64,000 bases of DNA from Dehalococcoidia bacterium (GTDB taxonomy: Bacteria; Chloroflexota; Dehalococcoidia; Lucifugimonadales; UBA3495): the NCBI GenBank assembly GCA_030740155.1, contig JASLXV010000032.1, positions 1 through 64,000 on the forward strand. The letters run 5' to 3'. The notes under the pieces are model-generated. The model made no database searches and was not told the DNA's origin. It worked only from the letters and a program-made list of their open reading frames with translations. Shown piece after piece: positions 1-9,044 of this stretch. Position 1 is the stretch's first letter, and every line of letters begins with the position of its first letter. The position numbers and the translations under genes were made by a program.

Positions 1-203
1 CGGCCGCCAACTCGAGCGATCGTCTCCATCATTACGGCCACGTAGGTTCGATACTCCTCGCCGTTCGGGTATGCGGCAGCCGGGGTGTAACGGTTGAGAT
101 TGAGCATCAGGACTGGAACATCGTGGCCGCCGCCGGCCGTCGCTCTGATCGCATCGATGTCGGCTGAATCTCCTGACACCGAATCTATGTGGGTGTTCGT
201 CAT
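1..203 (-). CDS. Partial gene (runs off window start), probable DUF1330-like dimeric alpha/beta-barrel protein
   Basis: Manual translation from ATG at 203: MTNTHIDSVSGDSADIDAIRATAGGGHDVPVLMLNLNRYTPAAAYPNGEEYRTYVAVMMETIARVGG; 'PVLMLNL.RY' and 'Y..Y......VGG' resemble DUF1330-type proteins. Not in the ORF track. Confidence 0.5.
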   Translation of the reverse strand, partial: MTNTHIDSVSGDSADIDAIRATAGGGHDVPVLMLNLNRYTPAAAYPNGEEYRTYVAVMMETIARVGG

Positions 204-309
204 TGGCGCTTACCTAATATAAGAATGAGGGTTGCAAAAACGGGACGCCGGCCCTGGGGGCGGCGCTGGTCGACCGGGCAACCGGGCGAAATCACCGCCG
301 CTCGACCCA

Positions 310-2211
310 TCAAGCGCCGGCGCGGCCGACCCTGAGGCCGGCCATGTCCAGGCGTTGCAGGGTTTCCGGGGTGGGCGCACCGGTGTCCTGGTTCCAGTCG
401 AGGCACTCGTAGTACTCGCGGAACCACTGTTCCAGGTGCGGGCCGGCGGGTATCGTCTTATCCTTCGCGGGACCGGCGTCCAGGCCTCCCAGCATACGGG
501 GGCTGGCGTCGTAGTCGTGCTCCCGCTTATAGCCCAGGTGGAGGGCCATCAGGCGTTGCAGGTTGACCAGGCGTTCCCCGGTCTTCAAGGCCTCCTGGCG
601 CGTGTAGCCCTCCCAGCCGACGGCGGCGGAAAGCGCCTGTATGGCGGCGTCCCAGGTGCCCAGGGCACCTCGCAGCGCAAAATAGCAGACGCCGAGGGTA
701 TCGTCCCAGAGCTTCAGGAGCTGGCCCTGGTAGATGGGCTCCACCATCCCGTCGGGGTTCTTGGGGTCCAGGTACTCGTACCCCATGTCGGGGACGCCGT
801 CTTTCCGGGGCGGGTAGACCAGCCCCAACTCCGTCTGCCAAACCGGCCCGGCCCCGGCGATAAGCATCTGGAAGATGAGGCCGGGGTGCATCCGCAGGTC
901 GTGGTCGTTGAATCCGGTGCCCTTCAGGTGGACCGCCAGGTCTTCGATGCCCAGCTCCCGGCCGCACTCCCGGGGCGACTTGGCGAGGGAGGCGCCGATG
1001 CCTTCCCGGCGGACCGTCTTCTCCAACAGCTCGATGACGGCCTCGTAGTTGCCCCAGGTCAGGTCCAGGCCGTCCACCTCATCGCGGTTGAGCCGCTCGG
1101 TGTTGTAGGCCTCCATCACCATGGCGATGTTGCGAGGTACCTCTCCACCATCCAGCCCCATTCCGTCCACCATGCCGGTGATGGCTAGGGCCACGCCGGG
1201 GTCGTCGATGCCCAGGTTGGGCCCCGTTGCCTGGATGATCTCGCCGCCGTAGCCCGACACCGTGGTCCCGGCCAGAGGGCCGGTGGTTACCACCGTCTCG
1301 TGATGGCAGGACATGTCGCAGTTGAAGCCACCCACCGGGCGGACCCGCCACTTGGGGGAATCCTCCACCCAGCGCCGGCTCCAGTGTAGCTGGTACTCCG
1401 GGTCGGTATAGTTCTTTCCCTGTACCCGGCCGTGTTCTTCGAGGTTCGCGTGGGCTCCGGGCACCACCGAGTGGGCCTGCCGGGTCGTCGGCGGGTGGGG
1501 CGACGCAAATAGCGCCCGGTTCCAGGTCTCATAGGCCTCCATCAGGCGCGCGGGATCGGCGATAGGCGCCCGGCCGGTGCCCCGCACGGCGATGGCTTTG
1601 AGCTTTTTCGAGCCCCAGGCAATGCCGGCCTCGCCCCGGGCCGCGGTGTAGACCCCGTCGGACCGTACCGCGGCCCCGGTGATCAGGTTCTCCCCGCCGG
1701 GACCGATGCAGGCGACGCTGATCTGGAGGGGATCGCCCAACTCCAGCTTGATGCGGCGCGGCGTCTCGAAGGTATCCAGGCCCCAGAAGGGGCCGGCGTC
1801 GCGCAACTCGACCTGATTGTTCTCGATCCAGAGATACACCGGCTTGGGTGAAACGCCCCGGAAGACGATGCCGTCCCAGCCGGCATGCTTGAGCCGGGCG
1901 CCAAAATACCCGTGGGCGTGGCTCAAGCCCACGTGGTAGTCGGGGCACTCCCTCAGGTTGACGAGTACCCAGTGGGTGGCGCTGGGCACCATGGTACCCG
2001 TGAGGGGGCCGGTGAACACGTAGAATGGGCAGTCGGGGTCGACCGGGCGCATCGTCGGCGTGATCTCTTGAGACAGCAAATACAGGCCGACGCCGGTGGC
2101 GCCTCCATAGGCCCGCAGTACCTCCTCCGAGGGCAGAGGAACGGACCTGGTTGTCCCGGTGGTCAGGTCTACCTCCAGGACCTTGTTCTGGAAACCGCCT
2201 TTTATTGCCAT
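310..2211 (-). CDS. Aldehyde:ferredoxin oxidoreductase (AOR) family W/Mo enzyme, atypical active site
   Basis: 633 aa; 'VLEVDLTTG', 'GARLKHAGWDGIVFRG', 'VACIGPGGEN', 'GSKKLKAIAVRG', 'GLDLTWGN', 'DDTLGVC', 'TGAPTPETLQRL' are AOR hallmarks; RBS GGAGG upstream. Confidence 0.9.
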   Translation of the reverse strand: MAIKGGFQNKVLEVDLTTGTTRSVPLPSEEVLRAYGGATGVGLYLLSQEITPTMRPVDPDCPFYVFTGPLTGTMVPSATHWVLVNLRECPDYHVGLSHAHGYFGARLKHAGWDGIVFRGVSPKPVYLWIENNQVELRDAGPFWGLDTFETPRRIKLELGDPLQISVACIGPGGENLITGAAVRSDGVYTAARGEAGIAWGSKKLKAIAVRGTGRAPIADPARLMEAYETWNRALFASPHPPTTRQAHSVVPGAHANLEEHGRVQGKNYTDPEYQLHWSRRWVEDSPKWRVRPVGGFNCDMSCHHETVVTTGPLAGTTVSGYGGEIIQATGPNLGIDDPGVALAITGMVDGMGLDGGEVPRNIAMVMEAYNTERLNRDEVDGLDLTWGNYEAVIELLEKTVRREGIGASLAKSPRECGRELGIEDLAVHLKGTGFNDHDLRMHPGLIFQMLIAGAGPVWQTELGLVYPPRKDGVPDMGYEYLDPKNPDGMVEPIYQGQLLKLWDDTLGVCYFALRGALGTWDAAIQALSAAVGWEGYTRQEALKTGERLVNLQRLMALHLGYKREHDYDASPRMLGGLDAGPAKDKTIPAGPHLEQWFREYYECLDWNQDTGAPTPETLQRLDMAGLRVGRAGA

Positions 2212-2567
2212 GATGGACCTCCCGCGATGGGGTTACTGAAGGGGCCGAGGCGCCCGGCCGCCCGGATACACTTCGTACGCGCTATCCGGACTCGCATCCC
2301 GGTACGAAGCGGGGCGCATCTGCCGCTTGCCGGGGCCGATGCGGTAAAGCCAGGGTCTCCGGCCGGAAACCCTGGTCCACCCGGCAGACGCCGGCCCAGA
2401 CGACGCGGCCTGACGAATTGACTGGACGAATTGGAGTGTAAGGACACGCATCGGGGCTGTCAATGCTTCCAATTTTGCCGGAACCGGCGGGCCCATGTTG
2501 ACGCCCGCCGGAGGAGCCGCCATACTCGTGCGAGCGGAAGATGATGTACAGGCTGAGGAGGTGCACG

Positions 2568-3005
2568 ATGACCGCAGCGGAAGAACGGGCCCTGGAACTA
2601 CGGGCTCAGAAGTATAACTGAGCGGAGTCGGTGCTTCTGGCCGTGAGCCAGAGCGCGGGCCTGGAGGCGGGAGACGCGCCTCGAATCGCCACCGGGTTCG
2701 GGGGTGGCGTGGGTGGAGGAGGCGCCATGTGTGGCGCACTGGTGGGAGCCGTCATGGCGGTGGGCCTCAAGCACGGGCGCACCCGCGGCGACGAGGACAA
2801 CCGGGCCGCGTACGGACGCAGCCAGAAGATACTGCGACGCTTCCAGGAGGAGATGGGCAGCTCCATCTGCCTGGAGCTGACGGGAATGGACCTATCGACC
2901 GCCGAGGGGTCCAAGGCCTTTCGCCAGTCGGACGTCCCGGAGCGGGTCTGCCGGAAGTGCATCCTCACGGCGGCCCGTCTGGCGGAGGAGCAACTCGCGG
3001 CTTAG
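2568..3005 (+). CDS. C-GCAxxG-C-C family redox-active protein, selenoprotein (TGA 2619-2621 read as Sec)
   Basis: RBS GAGGAGG then ATG at 2568: MTAAEERALELRAQKYN-U-AESVLLAV...GFGGGVGGGGAMCGALVGA...SSICLELTG...VCRKC. The TGA sits at the family's first conserved Cys (NC(A)ESV motif) and is in frame with ORF 2631..3005. Confidence 0.85.
2631..2656 (+). promoter_or_regulatory. Putative bacterial SECIS hairpin
   Basis: GTGC-T-TCTGGC-CGTGA-GCCAGA-GCGC: 6-bp upper stem, bulged U, 4-bp lower stem, starting about 10 nt after the UGA. Confidence 0.7.
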
Positions 3006-3269
3006 GGCGCGTCGATCGCCCCGACGCCCCGGGCTCTCCTGCCGTGAAGGTGGGATTGCCTTAAAAGTGCTCAGGACAATGTCACCCCGAGTTGAGCGAG
3101 GGGCCTGGTGTGGTGGGTCCGGGCTGCAACGGAGGACCCCCGCCCCAGATCCCTCGTCGCTTCACTCCTCGGAATGACAGTTTCTAGGCTAGACCCCAAG
3201 CCGGACTCGGCCTCTTCGGGCCGGATCCGCGGATCGGGAGAGCACTTGAAGAATGAAGGAGCGTGGAAC

Positions 3270-4025
3270 ATGGGACGACTAGACGGCAAGGTGGCCATCA
3301 TCACCGGCGCCGGCCGCGGTCAGGGGGCCGCGGAGGTCAGGCTCTTCGTCCGCGAGGGCGCCAAAGTCTGCTTCGGCGACATCACGGATGACGAAGGGAT
3401 GAAGCTGGAGGCGGAGATCAGGGAGATGGGCGGCGAAGCCACCTACATCCACCTGGATGTCACCAGCGAAAAGGAGTGGAAACGGGCGATTCAGCACACC
3501 GAGGCGACCTACGGGAAGCTGGACATCCTGGTGAACAACGCGGGGATCTCCATCGGCACGCGGCCCATTGAGGAGACTTCACTGGCGGATTGGGAGGCCA
3601 TGCAGGGTGTGAACTCGACGGGGGTGTTCCTGGGCACCAAGTACGCCATTCCCGCCCTGCGCCGAAACGGTGGAGGGTCCATCGTGAACATATCCTCCGC
3701 CGCCGGCCTGGTGGGCATCGGCCGCTCCGCCGGCTATACGGCCAGCAAAGGGGCCGTGCGCCTCTTCACCAAGGCCACCGCCATCCAGCATGCCAAGGAA
3801 AACATCCGGTGCAACTCGGTCCACCCCGGCCCCGTCAACACCCCCTTCATCCAGGAGCTGCTGGACAACCCTGACAAGCTCCAAGAAAGGGTGAGCCGCG
3901 TCCCCCTGGGCAAGATAGGGACTCCGGACGACATCGCCTACGGGGTGTTGTACCTCGCTTCCGACGAGGCGTCCTTCGTCACCGGATCGGAGTTGGTGAT
4001 CGACGGCGGCACCACCGCGCAATAG
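3270..4025 (+). CDS. Short-chain dehydrogenase/reductase (3alpha,20beta-HSD / cyclopentanol dehydrogenase-like)
   Basis: TGAGRGQG, NNAG, YTASK, NSVHPG, VIDGG motifs; start ATG 3270 after AAGGAG. Confidence 0.92.
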   Translation: MGRLDGKVAIITGAGRGQGAAEVRLFVREGAKVCFGDITDDEGMKLEAEIREMGGEATYIHLDVTSEKEWKRAIQHTEATYGKLDILVNNAGISIGTRPIEETSLADWEAMQGVNSTGVFLGTKYAIPALRRNGGGSIVNISSAAGLVGIGRSAGYTASKGAVRLFTKATAIQHAKENIRCNSVHPGPVNTPFIQELLDNPDKLQERVSRVPLGKIGTPDDIAYGVLYLASDEASFVTGSELVIDGGTTAQ

Positions 4026-4101
4026 ACGCCCGGTCGGGTATTGCCGATCCGCGCCCGCCGCCCGGCGGCCGGGGTTCAGGATGCGCCGGGCTCGCTCCCG
4101 G

Positions 4102-5049
4102 TCAGGGCAGGAGCCGCGGCCTCCCCGGAAGGGGAACCAGCCTGCCGACGACCACCAGGGGACCCTTGATCGCCGCGGACATCACCAGGTGGCGCAGCAT
4201 GTACCCGCCCGCTAGGCCCGGAATCAGGCCCAACAGGGCTACACCCATTCGCTCTTCCAGCCCCGCGTCTTCCAGAGACTCGAGCAACGTCAGCTCCATG
4301 CTCAGGGGTATCATCAGTCCCAAGACGATGAAGCCGATCCAGAAGTAAACGGACAGGTCTCCCCGGACCAGCGAGTCTACCGAAGCTTTGGCCGCCAGGT
4401 TGGCTCGCACCAGGTACAGGTAGCTGAACACCACGAATGCCTCTATGACCAGCAGCACGATGTCGGCTCTGAGCAGGTGGCTCTCGGCCGCCACCACCTT
4501 GTCCTCCAACACCATGTAGATCGACAGTATGAGGGTGACGCTCATCATGCCGGCGGAAAGGGCGGAGGTCAGGAACAGCAGGGGCAGTGCCGGCGTGCTC
4601 CAGAATGGGATGGCCCGCGCCGCTCCCAGGAGCAGGCCGGTGTAGACCATGGTCATGACGGCCAGCACGCCACCGGCGATGCCGATGCCCCGCAGTACGT
4701 TCTCAGAGGCCTCCGCCCAGACCAGCGCAAGGTGGATCATGCCGACGACGATGAACGCGGTCAGGATGAACACGCCCCGGGAAATCCAGGAGGTACGGGG
4801 GTGGAACGCCGCCCGGGCGAAGCCGAAGGGCCGGCCCAGGTCCAAGACCAGGAAGATCGTGCTGAAGGCCACCAGAGGAGCCCCGATAGTTACCCCGATC
4901 TTCACGATAGGGTCCCACTCGGTGGTGCGGCTGGCGAACTCGGCGGCCACGCCGGTCACGTAAGCCCCGCACGCCCCCCCGGCCAGAAAGAGGTACAGGG
5001 CGATCTGCCATCCCCAGATGGTCTGGCGTTCGCCTATTGGCTGGTCCAT
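4102..5049 (-). CDS. NrfD/PsrC family membrane anchor subunit
   Basis: 'WGWQIALYLFLAG', 'LDLGRP', 'SWISRG', 'YTGLLLG...IPFW'; multiple TM segments; start ATG 5049 after GGAGG. Confidence 0.9.
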   Translation of the reverse strand: MDQPIGERQTIWGWQIALYLFLAGGACGAYVTGVAAEFASRTTEWDPIVKIGVTIGAPLVAFSTIFLVLDLGRPFGFARAAFHPRTSWISRGVFILTAFIVVGMIHLALVWAEASENVLRGIGIAGGVLAVMTMVYTGLLLGAARAIPFWSTPALPLLFLTSALSAGMMSVTLILSIYMVLEDKVVAAESHLLRADIVLLVIEAFVVFSYLYLVRANLAAKASVDSLVRGDLSVYFWIGFIVLGLMIPLSMELTLLESLEDAGLEERMGVALLGLIPGLAGGYMLRHLVMSAAIKGPLVVVGRLVPLPGRPRLLP

Positions 5050-5110
5050 GGTGCGACCTCCCAAGGGCATTATCAGGAGACCTCTTCAAAACTGGGGCCG
5101 GTCCCCTGGG

Positions 5111-5138
5111 GTAGGGGCGCAATATATTGCGCCCCTAC
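5111..5138. repeat. Perfect 28-bp palindrome, GTAG-type REP-like
   Basis: GTAGGGGCGCAATATATTGCGCCCCTAC in the intergenic gap between the Fe-S and anchor subunit genes. Confidence 0.7.
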
Positions 5139-5188
5139 GGTGACATCATCCAGGCGCGGAATCGCCCGACGCCTCTCGTGAACCTGTC

Positions 5189-5821
5189 CTACGGAGGCAG
5201 ATAGAAAACCGAGGGGTTTGTCCCGGCCTCAGGGTTCAGGGCGGCCGCGCCCTTGTCCCGGATCAAGCCGGAGACGGGGCTCGTGTGATCGTCCAGGTCG
5301 CCGAAGATACGGGCCTTGGAGGGGCAGTTGGCCACGCAGGCGGGCTCTTGCCCCTGGTCAACCCGGGCCGAGCAGAAATCGCACTTCTCCACCGTGCCGA
5401 GGGTGTGCCGGGCATACCCCTGCTCTTCGAATGGCGTCTTGTGGGGGGGCGTCTTGCCATTCCCCGGCATACCGTTGGCGAAGTAAGGGATCTCCCGGTC
5501 GTTGAAATACCGGGCCGCGTAGGGACAGGCCAGCATGCAGTATCGGCAGCCGATGCACAGGTCCTTGTCGATCCACACTATGCCGTCGGGCCGCTGCTTG
5601 GTGGCCCCGGTGGGGCAGACGTCCATGCAGGGCGGGTCCTGGCAGTGCATGCACAGGAGGGGAAGGGCCATCCGCTTCACGGCGGGGTACTTCCCCCACT
5701 CCAGCCGCTGGACCCGGGCGAACGTTATCCCGGTGCCGGTCGCGTTTTCCGCGCGGCAGGCGGCCACGCAAGCGTAACAGCCGATGCACCGCTTTAGGTC
5801 TATGACCATCCCGTAATGCAT
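5189..5821 (-). CDS. 4Fe-4S dicluster electron-transfer subunit (DmsB/PsrB/NrfC type)
   Basis: CIGCYACVAAC, CMHCQDPPCMDVCP, CIGCRYCMLACP, KCDFC...PACVANCP. Confidence 0.95.
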   Translation of the reverse strand: MHYGMVIDLKRCIGCYACVAACRAENATGTGITFARVQRLEWGKYPAVKRMALPLLCMHCQDPPCMDVCPTGATKQRPDGIVWIDKDLCIGCRYCMLACPYAARYFNDREIPYFANGMPGNGKTPPHKTPFEEQGYARHTLGTVEKCDFCSARVDQGQEPACVANCPSKARIFGDLDDHTSPVSGLIRDKGAAALNPEAGTNPSVFYLPP

Positions 5822-5844
5822 TGTGGTTCCCTCCCTGGTTTAGC

Positions 5845-5962
5845 AACTATCCCGAAACCTCGAGTGCCGGCTCCAGCGGTCCTTCGACAGGCTCAGGACG
5901 AACGGATAGGGCGTTCCTGCCCCGTTCGTGGTGAGCTTGTCGAAGGACTTTTTGCGATAGTT
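5845..5962 (+). mobile_element. MITE/REP-like element family A, copy 1
   Basis: Imperfect terminal IRs AACTATCCCGAAA / TTTTGCGATAGTT around an internal inverted pair CCTTCGACAGGCTCAGGACGAACGG ... CCGTTCGTGGTGAGCTTGTCGAAGG; related copies at four other loci. Confidence 0.7.
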
Positions 5963-5979
5963 CCTCGCTGCGTGAGCCC

Positions 5980-6282
5980 TCAACCCCCGGCGATGGCGAA
6001 GACCACCGACAGGGACACCCTGGGCTGGTCGGCCCCCATGTCCTTGAGGGGGGTATCGAGGGCCTCTTCAGCCACTATGTGGTCGTTTACCGCCAGGCAA
6101 ATGGTGTCTCCCAAGTGCCGGCCGTCGGCGGAGAAAAGCTGATGCCGGACCCGCTCTCCGAACCGATCGCCCAGGGTCTCCAGCAGGTTGCGCAACGTGG
6201 CGCCCTCGGGCAGCGACACTTCCACGGAAGGCCGGTCGATCAACTCTCTCCGGATGCCGAATAAGCGGATGGTTACGTCCAT
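5980..6282 (-). CDS. MoaD/ThiS family sulfur-carrier protein
   Basis: 100 aa beta-grasp pattern 'VTIRLFGIRRELI...GATLRNLLETL...LAVND', C-terminal IAGG. Confidence 0.85.
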   Translation of the reverse strand: MDVTIRLFGIRRELIDRPSVEVSLPEGATLRNLLETLGDRFGERVRHQLFSADGRHLGDTICLAVNDHIVAEEALDTPLKDMGADQPRVSLSVVFAIAGG

Positions 6283-6380
6283 GCTGTTCTTAGCTGGTGG
6301 CGGTGCATTTGCCTTCCGATTGCTGTGCCCTCTGGTGTGGTTTTTGGGGGGGCCTTCGTCCGCCCCACCCTGTTGTGGCC

Positions 6381-9044
6381 CTAAATCTTCCTGAACTTTC
6401 CGCCGATACCCGGCAGCCAGCGGGTCGGATGTTTTGCGTCCTCTTTCGGGGCCTTCTCAATCTTCACCGCGGCATCGGCGTCCATGGCGGTGACCACCGG
6501 GTCGGTGTGGGCCCAGTCCATGGGCATCAGCGCCTCGAAGAAGGTGCCTTTGCCCGTGGCCACCGGCGTGTATTTGGACCAGTGGCCGCCGTTGTTGGCC
6601 ACGGCTATCACCTCCGGGTGGATTCCCTCCACCACCTTGGCTTCACCCATGGAAGCTCCGGCTTCTTTGGATTTTATCCAGACCTGGTCCCCGGTTTTTA
6701 TGCCCTTGCGCTTGGCCGTCTCGGAGTTGATGGCGACGTAGTTGGTGTAGGGGTCACCGGCCGAGATCTCGTCCAGCCAGGGGTTCTCGAAGGTGTAGGA
6801 GAACTGGTGGTGGGCCACCCGGTGGTAGACAGCCTGGAGGTCGTACTCCTCGTCTTTGGCCAGCAGCGCGCCGCAGGGCTTCCAGTCGGGCAGGGGATCG
6901 TAGTCGCTGGTGTCGATCTCCGTTACGCCCAGCTCGTCCAGGATGGCCTGGATCCCCTCGCCGGTCTTCTTGAACCACTCAAAGTAGATAGGAGCGCGGA
7001 CGTGGCGGAAGGGCTTCCAGTACACTTCCTCTATCTTCTTCTTCCAGGTGACCACCCCGTTCTCCTTGAACCATTCCAGGCCGCGCTCGGGCCCGAAGTA
7101 GCATTTGTAGAGACGGTCCGCGATCTCCTCACAGGTGTAGCTGACATCTCCTTCCAGAGCGTAGGGGGGATTGAGGCCGTAGAAATGGTTCATGAGGTTG
7201 TTGAAGTCGGCGCGGAACCCCACGCGGTCGGCCAACTCCAGCATGACCTCGGAGAAGTAACGGGCCTGGCCCGGAGGCTTCAGGATGGGCTGGCGGATGG
7301 TGTGGGTGAAGTTGCCCCGGCCCGCCGGATGGTGGTGGGTGATGGTATTGGGAAGCGGGTCCAGGCGCTCCAGGTAGCAGGCATCGGGCAGGACAATATC
7401 GGCGAAGTAGGTGGTCTCGTCCAGCCACAGCTTGGACGCCACCGTGAACATCTTCTTCATGAAGTTCGCCGTCACCTCGGGATTGCCCAAGCTGTAGATG
7501 ATGTTGGGCCCGATGACGAAGAGCATCTCCGGCGTGTAGGGGATCTTGAACCCGTCCAGGTTCTGCATGGCCAGCACTGGAATGTGTCCGGACATCCCGG
7601 TGCTCAGCAGGTCCGACAGCGTGACCCGCTCCGGTGGGACCGGGGTCCGGGGTGGATAGGGCGCGGCGGTTCGGAGGCCCGGCGACGTCTGTCCGTTCCA
7701 GACCCCCGGCGCCAGGAGGCCGTCGGGCCCCGCCCAGGGGGCCCAGTTGGGCATACCCGTGTCCGGGTGGCCTTCACACACCGGGTTGGTGCCCAGTATT
7801 CCGCCGGGAACGTCGCAGGCGCCGACCACCTCGCACAGCATCTCGAACCCCAGGCAGGTGAGCCAGGCGTGGTTGTGGGCATGGGAGCCCTTGAAATAGG
7901 TGACGCAGACCGGCCGGTAGGGAAGCTCCCGACCCTCCAGGACGATGGTGCTTCCGATACTGGCTGCCTGAGAGAACTCGATCGCGATCCGGCGGATAGT
8001 GTCCGCCGGCACGCTGGTAATCTCCGCCGCTTTCTCGACGGTCCAGGCCGCCGCCCGCTGCTTCAGCAGGACGAAAGCCGGGCGGCACTCCTTTCCGTGG
8101 GCGGTATAGACGCCCTCCAGGGCCGGGTCGCCGAGAGATGGATCGTCGTAGTGCTTGGCCGTCTGGTCCGCCGCGTCCCACATCAGGGGCTTGCCGCCGT
8201 CGGGGTCCCTCACGTAGTAGCCATCGGAGCCGATCAGGTAGGGAGCGTTGGTGTGGGCCTTCAGGTACCCGGCATCGAAGTGTCCCGTCTCGTTGAGGAT
8301 GACGTTGAGCATGGCCATGACCATGGCCCCGTCGGTGCCGGGACGGATGGGGACCCATTCGTCGGCCTTCTCGGCCACGCCGTTGAGGACCGGATCAACC
8401 ACCACCAGCTTCATCCCCCGGGCGCGGGCGTCGGCCATCTTCTGGGCGTTACTGGTGAAGGCGTAGTAGGAGTGGCCCCCGATGCCGGCGCCGAATACCA
8501 GGAGGTAGTTGCAAAACTCCAGGTCCGGCATGGAGGTGGTTGCGCCGTGCATCGCACCGACCAGAACGTGCTCGGCGTTGCCGCACTGGTGCCCGTTGGA
8601 GCTGAAAGAGTTGGGGGAGCCGAACCCACTCATGAAGAGGTTGATGAACCAGTAGCCGAAGCTGCTGTTCCCCAGCACGGTGGGGGTGCCCACCAGCTTT
8701 CGCGGGTCATCGTCCTTGATCTTCTTCATCTTATCGACGATGGTATCCAGGGCCTCTTCCCAACTGATCTCCACCCAACCCGGGTCTTCGTTGAAGTCTT
8801 TCTTGGGGTTGGTGCGCTTTACGGGGGCGGTGAGGCGGTTGGGGTCGTAGACCATGGTGATTCCGGACATGCCCTTGGCGCAGAGGCGCCCCATGCCGAT
8901 GGCGCTATCCGGGTTGCCTTCGATCTTCACGATCACGCCGTTCTTGCGGTGCACCTTGATGCTGCACTGGTTGAAGCAAACCGCGCAGGCGCTGGGAATC
9001 CAGGCATCATCCTGAGTCTGTTCATCCTTGACCATTTGGATCAT
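6381..9044 (-). CDS. Molybdopterin oxidoreductase catalytic subunit (DMSO reductase family), PadB-like
   Basis: N-terminal CAVCFNQC...LCAKG Fe-S motif, 'IRPGTDGA', 'ETTYFADIVLPD', candidate Cys Mo ligand in 'HQCGNAEH'; no Tat signal. The PadB similarity is from recollection of that motif. Confidence 0.88.
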   Translation of the reverse strand: MIQMVKDEQTQDDAWIPSACAVCFNQCSIKVHRKNGVIVKIEGNPDSAIGMGRLCAKGMSGITMVYDPNRLTAPVKRTNPKKDFNEDPGWVEISWEEALDTIVDKMKKIKDDDPRKLVGTPTVLGNSSFGYWFINLFMSGFGSPNSFSSNGHQCGNAEHVLVGAMHGATTSMPDLEFCNYLLVFGAGIGGHSYYAFTSNAQKMADARARGMKLVVVDPVLNGVAEKADEWVPIRPGTDGAMVMAMLNVILNETGHFDAGYLKAHTNAPYLIGSDGYYVRDPDGGKPLMWDAADQTAKHYDDPSLGDPALEGVYTAHGKECRPAFVLLKQRAAAWTVEKAAEITSVPADTIRRIAIEFSQAASIGSTIVLEGRELPYRPVCVTYFKGSHAHNHAWLTCLGFEMLCEVVGACDVPGGILGTNPVCEGHPDTGMPNWAPWAGPDGLLAPGVWNGQTSPGLRTAAPYPPRTPVPPERVTLSDLLSTGMSGHIPVLAMQNLDGFKIPYTPEMLFVIGPNIIYSLGNPEVTANFMKKMFTVASKLWLDETTYFADIVLPDACYLERLDPLPNTITHHHPAGRGNFTHTIRQPILKPPGQARYFSEVMLELADRVGFRADFNNLMNHFYGLNPPYALEGDVSYTCEEIADRLYKCYFGPERGLEWFKENGVVTWKKKIEEVYWKPFRHVRAPIYFEWFKKTGEGIQAILDELGVTEIDTSDYDPLPDWKPCGALLAKDEEYDLQAVYHRVAHHQFSYTFENPWLDEISAGDPYTNYVAINSETAKRKGIKTGDQVWIKSKEAGASMGEAKVVEGIHPEVIAVANNGGHWSKYTPVATGKGTFFEALMPMDWAHTDPVVTAMDADAAVKIEKAPKEDAKHPTRWLPGIGGKFRKI

